From: Patescibacteria group bacterium
GTDB lineage: Bacteria > Patescibacteriota > Patescibacteriia > Patescibacteriales > GWC2-42-12
DNA: 64,000 nt
Assembly (NCBI GenBank): GCA_041662965.1
Contig: JBAZRI010000001.1
Location: 163,680 to 227,679 of the forward strand
Direction: 5' to 3'
The translations under genes were made by a program, and so were the position numbers. Shown here in pieces: positions 25,005 through 33,016 of this stretch. The first letter of the stretch is position 1, and the number at the start of each line of letters is the position of its first letter. The notes beneath the pieces are model-generated. The model made no database searches. It saw nothing but the letters and a program-made list of their open reading frames with translations, and was not told the DNA's origin.

Positions 25005-26480
25005 ATGGATTTTTCTAAAATCAAAAAAATTTATATGATCGGGGTTAAGGGCGTGGGCATGACTATGCTCGGGCAGTTTTTGGCCGCTTCGGCGCGCCAT
25101 AGCCTTGGCGAAGGCGGTCGCATAAAAATCAGCGGTTCGGACGGGCCGGAAAAATATATGACTGACGCGGTTTTAGCCAAAGCCGGCATAAAAGTCATTG
25201 AGCATTTTGACGCCTTGAATATTCCTCGCGCTGCCGACCTGATAATTTATTCAACCGCCTATAACGCGGAAACCAACGTTGAGGTGGCCGCCGCCTTCGC
25301 TAAAGCTTCGGCGGCCAAGGCGGCAGTGAAGGTGTTAACTTATGCTCAAGCCTTGGGTGAAATATTCAACCAGAAATACGGCATCGCCGTGGTGGGTTCG
25401 CACGGTAAAACCACGACCACGGCCTGGCTGGGCTATGTTATGAAAATGGCCGAGCTTCTACCAAACGTCATGGTGGGCGCGCGAGTGCCGCAGTTTGACG
25501 GCTGTTCTTTAATCGGCGGCTCTGATTATTTGGTTATAGAAGCCGATGAATATCAAAACAAGCTGGCCAATTATCAGCCTAAAGCCGTAATTTTAAATAA
25601 TATTGACTACGATCATCCGGATTTTTTTCCCACGCCCGAAGATTATGAAAACGTTTTCATTGAATTCATAAAAAAAATTCCGGGCAAAGGATTTTTAGTG
25701 GCGAATTTTGACGACCCGATAATCAGAAAAACCGCTCAAGTGAATTGCAAAGGCAAGGTTATAACCTACGCGATCAACGAAGCGGCCGATTACGTGGCCT
25801 ATGACATTAAAAATAACAACGGCCAACAGTATTTTAAAGTAAAATTGGGTGTTGAAGCTATTGATGACGACGGCGATGAAATAAGCGCCGAGGAGCTAGG
25901 CGATTTTTCTATCCAGCTCGCCGGCCGGCATAATATTTTAAACGCTTTGGCCGTAATCGCTACCTGCGTGGAATTAAATGTGGAGCTATTCAAAATCAGA
26001 AAATATCTGGAAGAATTTACCGGCACGGCCAGGCGAATGCAGGTCTTAGGCGAATTTAAGGGCGCAGTCGTAGTGGACGACTACGCTCATCATCCGACGG
26101 AAATAAAAGCCACCGTAGAGGCGGTGCGGCAGAAATACGGCGATAGAAATTTAATCGTGGTTTTTCACCCGCATACTTTTAGCCGCACCAAGGCTCTATT
26201 CAATGATTTTGCTGAAAGTTTCAGCGGCGTTGATGAATTGATTATTATAGATATCTATGGTTCGGCGCGCGAGCGGCAAGGCGGGGCGCACAGCCGGGAT
26301 TTAGTGGAAAAAATAAAAAGCAATAATCAGCTAGCCGGCGTTAAGCAGGCGGTAAAATATATTTCAACATTGGCGGAATGCGAAAAATATTTGCGCGGCC
26401 GGATTGAGAGAGGTGATGTCGTAGCGCTAATGGGCGCCGGCGATATATTCAGGATAGGGGAAAATTTAGTGAAAGAATAA
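25005..26480 (+). CDS. murC: UDP-N-acetylmuramate--L-alanine ligase
   Basis: IGVKGVGM, GSHGKTTTT, EADEYQ and DDYAHHPTE. Confidence 0.92.
   Translation: MDFSKIKKIYMIGVKGVGMTMLGQFLAASARHSLGEGGRIKISGSDGPEKYMTDAVLAKAGIKVIEHFDALNIPRAADLIIYSTAYNAETNVEVAAAFAKASAAKAAVKVLTYAQALGEIFNQKYGIAVVGSHGKTTTTAWLGYVMKMAELLPNVMVGARVPQFDGCSLIGGSDYLVIEADEYQNKLANYQPKAVILNNIDYDHPDFFPTPEDYENVFIEFIKKIPGKGFLVANFDDPIIRKTAQVNCKGKVITYAINEAADYVAYDIKNNNGQQYFKVKLGVEAIDDDGDEISAEELGDFSIQLAGRHNILNALAVIATCVELNVELFKIRKYLEEFTGTARRMQVLGEFKGAVVVDDYAHHPTEIKATVEAVRQKYGDRNLIVVFHPHTFSRTKALFNDFAESFSGVDELIIIDIYGSARERQGGAHSRDLVEKIKSNNQLAGVKQAVKYISTLAECEKYLRGRIERGDVVALMGAGDIFRIGENLVKE
25084..25117. repeat. GC-rich palindromic element in frame in murC (site 1)
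   Basis: ccgcttcggcgcgccatagccttggcgaaggcgg encodes the extra SARHSLGEGG between the Rossmann loop and the conserved ISGSD. Confidence 0.65.
25287..25315. repeat. GC-rich palindromic element in frame in murC (site 2)
   Basis: gccgccgccttcgctaaagcttcggcggc (stem gccgcc/ggcggc) encodes AAAFAKASAA. Confidence 0.65.
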
Positions 26481-26562
26481 AACTCAATCTGTCTGTAATA
26501 TTTTTTCTAATTTTACGTATTATTTATAAAGAGGTATATTATATTCCTGTTTTTTTATATTT

Positions 26563-28356
26563 ATGACCGATGCGGAATTAAAGCTAAAATTAAATAAAAA
26601 GTCGATTAATATGCGCCAATTCTGGTTAAGATTATGGCAATTAATCGCGGCTTCGCATAAGCAAATTATTAATTTGTTTGTTTTGATAATATTTTTTGAG
26701 CTGTCAAAATTCATCGGGCCGTATTTCTTAAAGCGGATTATAGATCTAATTACCGATTTTAAGCCCGAGCATATAAAAGATATTCTGATTTTTATCGGCT
26801 TGATTTTAGTTTCCGATTTTGTCGTTTATACGATTGATTATTTCGCCGACAAAAAAATATTCAGAATTATCGTTGATGTGGAAAAATATTTATCGGTTAA
26901 CGCCCAGAAAAAAATGGTGGCTTTGGGCTTAAGCTACCATGAAAAAGAGAATACCGGCAATAAAATTTTTAAAATCCAAAGAGGCATAGATAAAATAACC
27001 GATCTTTTAGGCAACTTTTTTTGGGACGTCGGGCCGACGATAATCCAGACCATATTCACGGCCGCGATATTATTTATTATGGATTGGCGCTTCGGCTTGG
27101 TGTTTATTTTTTTTACCCCGATTTTTATCTTGCTGACTTCCAGCCTGAACAAAAAAATATCTCCTTGGCGCCGCTTGCGCCATGACATGTATGAAGACGC
27201 CGCCGGGAAAATGGCTCAGACGATCATTAATATCAATACGGTAAAATCTTTCGTCCAGGAAAACCGCGAGGTCAGGGAATTCAAGGAAATAAAAGAAGAA
27301 ACCAAGAAAGTCGCTTTATTGGAATTTTTTAAATTGTTGAAATATAATTATTTCAGAAGCTCGGTTATAACCGGCGGCCGGATTTTTATTCTGCTCCTGG
27401 GCGTTTATTTGGTTTGGACCGGCGGCCTTACTATCGGCAGCCTGGTTTTTATAATTACGATTTCGGAAAAAGCTTTGATTTCTTTGTTCAGAATCTCCCG
27501 GCTGTATGACCGGATTATGGATTCAAGCGAAGCTATTAATCGCCTGTATAAACTGGAAAATCAGGGCCTGGATATTATTAATCCGGCTGCGGGCTTAAAA
27601 GTGAAAAGCTTAAGCGGCCAGATTGAGTTTAAAAATGTGAGGTTTGTTTATAAAGATAGCAGCGTTAAGGCGCTTAATAAAGTGAATTTTCAGATAAATT
27701 CCGGCTGCACTACGGCTTTAGTCGGCCCGTCCGGCGGCGGGAAAACCACGGTGGCGCGCCTGATTTACCGCCATTATGATCCGACGGAAGGAAAAATTTT
27801 GCTTGATGGCAAGGATTTGAAAGATTATGATTTGTATAGTTTTAGGAGATTCCTAGCCATCGTGCCCCAGGAAGTGGAAATTTTCAATACCAGCATTAAA
27901 GATAATATTTCTTACGCTAATAAGGGCGTAAGCTTCGCGGAAATTAAAGCGGCGGCTAAAATCGCCAACGCCGAGGAATATATCAATAAATTAAAGCAAG
28001 GCTATGATACTATAGTCGGCGAGCGCGGCGTTAAGCTTTCCGGCGGGCAAAGGCAGAGGCTCGGCATCGCCCGGGCGATTTTAGCCAATCCGAAAATTTT
28101 GATTTTTGATGAAGCCACTTCTAATCTTGATTCATCAAGCGAAAAATTAATTCAAGAAGCCTTGGGAAAAATCAGTAAAGACCGGACGGTGGTTATAATC
28201 GCCCATCGCCTAAGCACGATTAAGCGGGCTGACAAAATTATTGTCCTGGAAGACGGAAAAGTGGCCGAGCAGGGCAGCCATTATGAATTATCTAAAATGC
28301 AAAGCGGCTTATATAATAAATTATTAAATCTTCAGCGCGTCGGCGATATAAAATAG
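26563..28356 (+). CDS. ABC exporter, fused permease/ATPase (MsbA-like type)
   Basis: Six-TM domain, Walker A GPSGGGKTT, signature LSGGQRQR, Walker B ILIFDEATS. Confidence 0.9.
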   Translation: MTDAELKLKLNKKSINMRQFWLRLWQLIAASHKQIINLFVLIIFFELSKFIGPYFLKRIIDLITDFKPEHIKDILIFIGLILVSDFVVYTIDYFADKKIFRIIVDVEKYLSVNAQKKMVALGLSYHEKENTGNKIFKIQRGIDKITDLLGNFFWDVGPTIIQTIFTAAILFIMDWRFGLVFIFFTPIFILLTSSLNKKISPWRRLRHDMYEDAAGKMAQTIININTVKSFVQENREVREFKEIKEETKKVALLEFFKLLKYNYFRSSVITGGRIFILLLGVYLVWTGGLTIGSLVFIITISEKALISLFRISRLYDRIMDSSEAINRLYKLENQGLDIINPAAGLKVKSLSGQIEFKNVRFVYKDSSVKALNKVNFQINSGCTTALVGPSGGGKTTVARLIYRHYDPTEGKILLDGKDLKDYDLYSFRRFLAIVPQEVEIFNTSIKDNISYANKGVSFAEIKAAAKIANAEEYINKLKQGYDTIVGERGVKLSGGQRQRLGIARAILANPKILIFDEATSNLDSSSEKLIQEALGKISKDRTVVIIAHRLSTIKRADKIIVLEDGKVAEQGSHYELSKMQSGLYNKLLNLQRVGDIK

Positions 28357-28362
28357 CGGCGC

Positions 28363-28391
28363 TTGACAAATTTAATAAATTAAGGTATATT
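28363..28391 (+). promoter_or_regulatory. Consensus-like sigma70 promoter for the 87-aa orphan gene
   Basis: TTGACA-17 nt-TATATT. Confidence 0.65.
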
Positions 28392-28508
28392 AGAATGTTT
28401 TAAGTAGAGAGTGTTTTTTCAATCTTTGAAAGGGGGTGGTCTTTAAAAATAGATGTGTGGTGATAGCAGAATTAAACAAAACAATTAAAAAACAAAAAGG
28501 GGTGAAAA

Positions 28509-28772
28509 ATGAACGAAAGCGAAGTCGATGTAAGATTCGGGAGAAGTCCCGACGGTAGAGGCGTAGTTATATTTTTAGACGAAAAAACTCCGCCTGAAAA
28601 AATGAAAGAATTTATTAAAACCTGTGAAGGGATAATTAATGTCGAAACAGTTAATACTCCTCTCGGGATAGGAGTCGCAGGGAAAAATCCACAGATATTA
28701 TATTATGAAATCGGCGAGTTTATGGCCGATGGTTGCGTTGAAAGAATCAGCAAGCCTGTGGAAATTCTCTAG
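28509..28772 (+). CDS. Hypothetical 87-aa protein
   Basis: ATG preceded by aaaaggggtga. It has its own promoter and terminator and no recognisable domain. Confidence 0.55.
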   Translation: MNESEVDVRFGRSPDGRGVVIFLDEKTPPEKMKEFIKTCEGIINVETVNTPLGIGVAGKNPQILYYEIGEFMADGCVERISKPVEIL

Positions 28773-28778
28773 TACGCA

Positions 28779-28843
28779 CTATGGCAATTAGATAAAAGCG
28801 CCTTAAAAAATAGGCCAGTAAAAATTTTATCTAAATGCCATAG
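28779..28843. repeat. Long 3'-UTR hairpin (19-bp arms)
   Basis: ctatggcaattagataaaa ... ttttatctaaatgccatag, with one mismatch and a 27-nt loop. Confidence 0.8.
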
Positions 28844-28884
28844 AACAACGGCCAAACTTTTTTCGGAGTTTTACCCGCTAAGGG

Positions 28885-28917
28885 TGAGGCCAAGAGGACA
28901 AGCAAACATCGCTTGTC
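28885..28917 (+). terminator. Intrinsic terminator
   Basis: Stem ggacaagc / gcttgtcc followed by a T-run. Confidence 0.75.
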
Positions 28918-28985
28918 CTTCTTTTTTTACGCGCATGGCTTTTTTATGGTTTTTTTGTTAAGATATATTAAAATATCTTATCAAT

Positions 28986-29516
28986 ATGGCGATAAAAATA
29001 ATTACCAATATTATATTAATAATCAGCCTGGGAATCGTGCAGATTTCTTTGATTAGCGGTTTGCCCGGCCTGGCCGGCAGTTTAAATCTGGCCCTGGTGG
29101 TTTTAATTTTCATTTTAGGTTTTTCCGGTTTTAATTTTACTGCCTGGTGGGCGGTCGGCCTGGGATTTTTATTTGAAGTTTTTTCCTTCTTGCCCTTTGG
29201 CGCTTATCTTATTAGCTTAAGCCTGACGGTCGTTATTGCCAATTGGCTGTTAAATTATTCTCTGACTAACCGTTCGCTCTATTCATTTTTGGCTCTAGCC
29301 GCTTTGGCAACCGTTATCTATGAATTGGCAATTAATTCTTTCGTTTTAATTTTCGCGGAGGCAAGCTCGTCCGCTTTGGTGACGCAAAGCAATTTTTGGC
29401 TTTCGCTCCTGGAAAAAATCGGCCTGAATCTTTTATTCACTTTTATTATTTATTATATAATTTATTTTTTAGGCAGAAGTTTAAGCCCGGTGTTTTTAGT
29501 TCGTCCTGTTAAATAG
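28986..29516 (+). CDS. mreD: Polytopic membrane protein, MreD-like by size and position
   Basis: 176 aa with about 5 TM helices, immediately upstream of PBP2. No diagnostic motif, so the call is positional. Confidence 0.35.
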   Translation: MAIKIITNIILIISLGIVQISLISGLPGLAGSLNLALVVLIFILGFSGFNFTAWWAVGLGFLFEVFSFLPFGAYLISLSLTVVIANWLLNYSLTNRSLYSFLALAALATVIYELAINSFVLIFAEASSSALVTQSNFWLSLLEKIGLNLLFTFIIYYIIYFLGRSLSPVFLVRPVK

Positions 29517-29562
29517 CTTCGCTCCGGCAAGGCCGGATTTAACGGGGTAAAAAAATATTAAC

Positions 29563-31512
29563 ATGGCTTCCATATTTAGAAGACAATATAAAAAAAGCCA
29601 CCCTTTTACCATAAAAGAAGGAGATGTTAAGCTTGGTAAATTAAACAGAGGTTCGGCCGAGGACTGGCTGGAGCAGACTTCAAGCACCGAAGAAACTATC
29701 GGCAAAAATTTTAACATCAATAAAATTTTTAAAATAAATTTGGCTTTGCTTTTTTTCATCGGCGTTATTTTAAGCCGCGCCGCCTGGCTGCAGGTAGTTA
29801 AGGGAAGCTACTATTATGAATTGGCCGAAGGCAACCGCATCAGGGTTGAAAGGCTGGAAGCTAAAAGGGGCGTGATTTATGACCGCGCTTATCGGCCGCT
29901 GGTTAGGAATTCGGCTAATTTTTTATTGTATTTCGTGCCGGCTGATTTGCCTAAAGACGGTTTGGCGCGCCAAGCCATTATTCAAAGAGTCAGCGAAAAT
30001 TTAGCCGATTTACAGCCCGAGGATATTTTAAATTTGCTGTCCGGAATTAAACCGGGTTCGCTTGAATCATATCAGCCGCTGTTTATCGCCGATAACATTG
30101 ATTATGATAAAGCCATGGCGCTTTATCTGGAGTCCGATAAGATGCCCGGAGTGGTTATAACCAATAAAACCAGGCGGGAATATAATTTATACAGCTTGTC
30201 GCTATCCCATATTTTAGGCTATACGGGGAAAATTAATGATAAAGAGTTGGCAAAATTCGGCTCGGAATATCTGCCGATTGATTATATCGGAAAATCAGGC
30301 ATAGAAAATTTTTGGGAAAATGAAATGAAAGGCGCTAACGGCAAAAAACAAATTGAAGTTGACGCCTTAGGCAAAGAAAAAAAGATTATTAATCAGGAAG
30401 CCGGAGAAGACGGGCATAATTTGGTTTTATCGATTGATATAACTTTGCAGAAAAAATTAGAAGAAGCGGTTATAGCCGCTCTGCAAAAAGTTCATCTTAA
30501 TAAGGCTTGCGCCATCGCTTTGGATCCGAATAACGGCGAAATTTTAGCCATGGTGAGCTTTCCTTCATACAATAATAATGACTTTGCCCGCGGCCTGACA
30601 CAGGCGGAATATGACAAAATCGCCAATCATCCGGACAAGCCTTTTATTAATCGCTGTATTTCCGGAGAATATCCGTCCGGCTCGGTTATTAAGCCGGTCA
30701 TCGCGGCCGCGGCGCTTGAAGAAAATATTATCAATGAAAATACCAGCTTTTTAAGTACGGGCGGCATAAGAATCGGCCAGTGGTTTTTTCCTGACTGGAA
30801 AGCCGGCGGGCACGGCACCACCAATGTTAAACGGGCGTTAGCCGAATCAATTAATACTTTTTTTTATTATATCGGCGGCGGTTATCAGGATTTTAAAGGC
30901 CTTGGCTTAGAACGCATGGTAAAATACGAAAAATTATTCGGGCTGGACGCGCAAACCGGAGTTGATCTGCCGGGTGAAGCCGGCGGATTTTTACCGACCG
31001 CGGAATGGAAAAAAGAAACCAAAGGCGAAGTTTGGTATATCGGCGATACTTATCATCTCTCAATCGGCCAGGGAGATACTTTAGTCACGCCCTTGCAGGT
31101 CGCGGATTATACGGCCGTGTTCGCCAACGGCGGCTCTTTGTATCGGCCGCATTTAATCAAGCAGGTATTAAACAGCCAAGATCAATTAATCGGTGAAGTT
31201 GATAATAAGCCGATTAAAGCCAATATTGTAAGCTCTAAAAATATAAATATTATTAGGGAAGGCATGAGGCAGACGGTTACGGCCGGCAGCGCGCGCAGTT
31301 TGCAATCAGTGCCGGTAGCCGTAGCCGGAAAAACCGGCACGGCGCAGTGGTCAAGCACCAAGCCGACCCATGCCTGGTTTACCGGCTTCGCGCCTTACGA
31401 TAAGCCGGAAATAGTCATAACTATTTTAATTGAGCAGGGGGGCGAAGGTTCAAGCGTAGCCGTGCCCATCGCTAATGAAGTTTTAACTTGGTATTTTAAT
31501 CAAAAGAAATAG
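29563..31512 (+). CDS. mrdA: Penicillin-binding protein 2 (class B transpeptidase)
   Basis: N-terminal TM and a pedestal domain, with SGSVIKP (SxxK), ESIN (SxN) and GKTGTAQ (KTG). Confidence 0.9.
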   Translation: MASIFRRQYKKSHPFTIKEGDVKLGKLNRGSAEDWLEQTSSTEETIGKNFNINKIFKINLALLFFIGVILSRAAWLQVVKGSYYYELAEGNRIRVERLEAKRGVIYDRAYRPLVRNSANFLLYFVPADLPKDGLARQAIIQRVSENLADLQPEDILNLLSGIKPGSLESYQPLFIADNIDYDKAMALYLESDKMPGVVITNKTRREYNLYSLSLSHILGYTGKINDKELAKFGSEYLPIDYIGKSGIENFWENEMKGANGKKQIEVDALGKEKKIINQEAGEDGHNLVLSIDITLQKKLEEAVIAALQKVHLNKACAIALDPNNGEILAMVSFPSYNNNDFARGLTQAEYDKIANHPDKPFINRCISGEYPSGSVIKPVIAAAALEENIINENTSFLSTGGIRIGQWFFPDWKAGGHGTTNVKRALAESINTFFYYIGGGYQDFKGLGLERMVKYEKLFGLDAQTGVDLPGEAGGFLPTAEWKKETKGEVWYIGDTYHLSIGQGDTLVTPLQVADYTAVFANGGSLYRPHLIKQVLNSQDQLIGEVDNKPIKANIVSSKNINIIREGMRQTVTAGSARSLQSVPVAVAGKTGTAQWSSTKPTHAWFTGFAPYDKPEIVITILIEQGGEGSSVAVPIANEVLTWYFNQKK

Positions 31513-31519
31513 CTACGTT

Positions 31520-31618
31520 AAGGCTGGAAAAAATTATTTTTTCTGCTTAGACGAAATTTGTGCTCCCTACGGTCGCTACAATTTCGTATGCGCGATAAAA
31601 ATAATTTTTTCCAGCCTT
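31520..31618. repeat. MITE-like palindromic element, second copy of the 21682-21784 family
   Basis: Terminal inverted repeats aaggctggaaaaaattatttt / aaaataattttttccagcctt around the shared core. Confidence 0.8.
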
Positions 31619-31629
31619 GTTAAATTTTC

Positions 31630-31655
31630 GTCATCCCGGGCTTGACCCGGGATCC
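31630..31655. repeat. Short GC palindrome (gtcatcccgggcttgacccgggatcc)
   Basis: Hairpin atcccggg/cccgggat. Confidence 0.7.
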
Positions 31656-31690
31656 AGAAGTAAGCGGCAGGAGCATGAAAAATAACCCTA

Positions 31691-31723
31691 AGACGTCCGA
31701 CGTCTCCGAGACGTCGGACGTCT
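31691..31723. repeat. 15-bp-arm hairpin, intergenic copy of the murG element
   Basis: agacgtccgacgtct-ccg-agacgtcggacgtct, flanked by gcggcag/ctgccgc. Confidence 0.9.
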
Positions 31724-31810
31724 GCCGCTCATATTTTAGCACTCTCTCTTGACCCCGTACGCTCGCCAGGCTCGCTACGGGGCAGGCACGAGTGTTTTTT
31801 GATATCAAAA

Positions 31811-31837
31811 TTAGCACTCTTGACATAGGAGTGCTAA
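31811..31837. promoter_or_regulatory. CIRCE operator (HrcA binding site)
   Basis: A perfect TTAGCACTC-N9-GAGTGCTAA. Confidence 0.95.
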
Positions 31838-31849
31838 GTGGTGTAAAAT
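31820..31849 (+). promoter_or_regulatory. Promoter overlapping CIRCE
   Basis: TTGACA (31820-31825) sits inside the CIRCE spacer, followed by 18 nt and TAAAAT (31844-31849). Confidence 0.6.
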
Positions 31850-31880
31850 GTAAAATATAGTGAAATTTTGTGTAAAAAAT

Positions 31881-32567
31881 ATGGACGAAAGAAAGGCTTT
31901 AATTTTAAAGACCATCGTTATAGAGCATATAAAAACCGGCGCTCCCGTAGGGTCGGAAGTTTTGGTTGATAAATATAAATTGGATATTTCTTCGGCCACG
32001 GTCAGAAACGAAATGGCTGAATTGGAACAGTCCGGCTTTATCGCCCAGCCGCATACTTCGGCCGGCCGCATCCCGACCGAAAAGGCTTATAATTTATATA
32101 TTGAAAATTTGGCTGAAAAAAAATTAGGCGCCGCGGAAATTAAAAGTTTTTCCAGGCTGTTAAAAGATAAAGACGAAATAAGTTTTAAACAGGCGGCCAA
32201 AGAGCTGGCTAAGGTTTCCGGCAACGCGGTTTTCTGGGCTTTCCACCGGAATAATTTATATTATACCGGCATTTCTAATTTATTGTCCCAGCCGGAGTTT
32301 AATGAGACTAAATTAATTTATGACATTTCGCAAATTATTGATCGGGTGGATGAAATAATAGATAATATTTACAATAAGCTGGAAGCCGGCCCGCAGATAT
32401 TTTTAGGCGCCGATAATCCTTTCGGAGATTTTTGCGGCACGATTTTGTCTAAGTATAAATTTAAGGACGATATCGGCTTGTTTGGAATTTTAGGGCCCAT
32501 GCGGATGGATTATGAAAAAAATCTGGCTTTGATAAAGTTTCTAAATAATATATTAATGGAGAAGTAA
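31881..32567 (+). CDS. hrcA: Heat-inducible transcription repressor HrcA (short form)
   Basis: MDERKALILKTIVIEHIKTGAPVGSEVL...SSATVRNEMAELEQSGFIAQPHTSAGRIPT and a C-terminal GILGPMRMDY. The likely start is ATG 31881, since the track start at 31860 adds 7 aa. Confidence 0.9.
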   Translation: MDERKALILKTIVIEHIKTGAPVGSEVLVDKYKLDISSATVRNEMAELEQSGFIAQPHTSAGRIPTEKAYNLYIENLAEKKLGAAEIKSFSRLLKDKDEISFKQAAKELAKVSGNAVFWAFHRNNLYYTGISNLLSQPEFNETKLIYDISQIIDRVDEIIDNIYNKLEAGPQIFLGADNPFGDFCGTILSKYKFKDDIGLFGILGPMRMDYEKNLALIKFLNNILMEK

Positions 32568-32571
32568 TATT

Positions 32572-33012
32572 ATGAGTGAAGAGAAAAAATATCCTAAAGT
32601 AGTCGTTGGCGTGTTTATTTTTAATGATAAGTCGGAACTTTTTTTAATGGCTCATAGGTATTGGCAGAATAAATTTACCATACCGGGCGGTCATGTTGAA
32701 ATCGGAGAAAAATTTGAAGAAACGGTTAAGCGGGAAGTTAAAGAAGAAACTAACTTAGACATAAAAGACATAGAATTTTTGGATTTTGAAAATATGAATA
32801 ATTTAAAGACTAAATTTACCGGTCCGGTAAATCATTTAGTATCTTTCCTCTATAAGGTAAGAGCCAAAGGAGACCAAAAAGTTATATTAAATAAAGAAGG
32901 TAGTAGTTTCAAGTGGCAGACTGTCGAAGAATGGCTAAAGCAAAAAGAAGAAGTTACCGATTCGTCCGTTGAGCCGATGATTAAGTATTTTATAAATAAT
33001 AATCAGATATAA
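32572..33012 (+). CDS. Nudix hydrolase
   Basis: Nudix box GGHVEIGEKFEETVKREVKEETNL. Confidence 0.85.
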   Translation: MSEEKKYPKVVVGVFIFNDKSELFLMAHRYWQNKFTIPGGHVEIGEKFEETVKREVKEETNLDIKDIEFLDFENMNNLKTKFTGPVNHLVSFLYKVRAKGDQKVILNKEGSSFKWQTVEEWLKQKEEVTDSSVEPMIKYFINNNQI

Positions 33013-33016
33013 TGTT

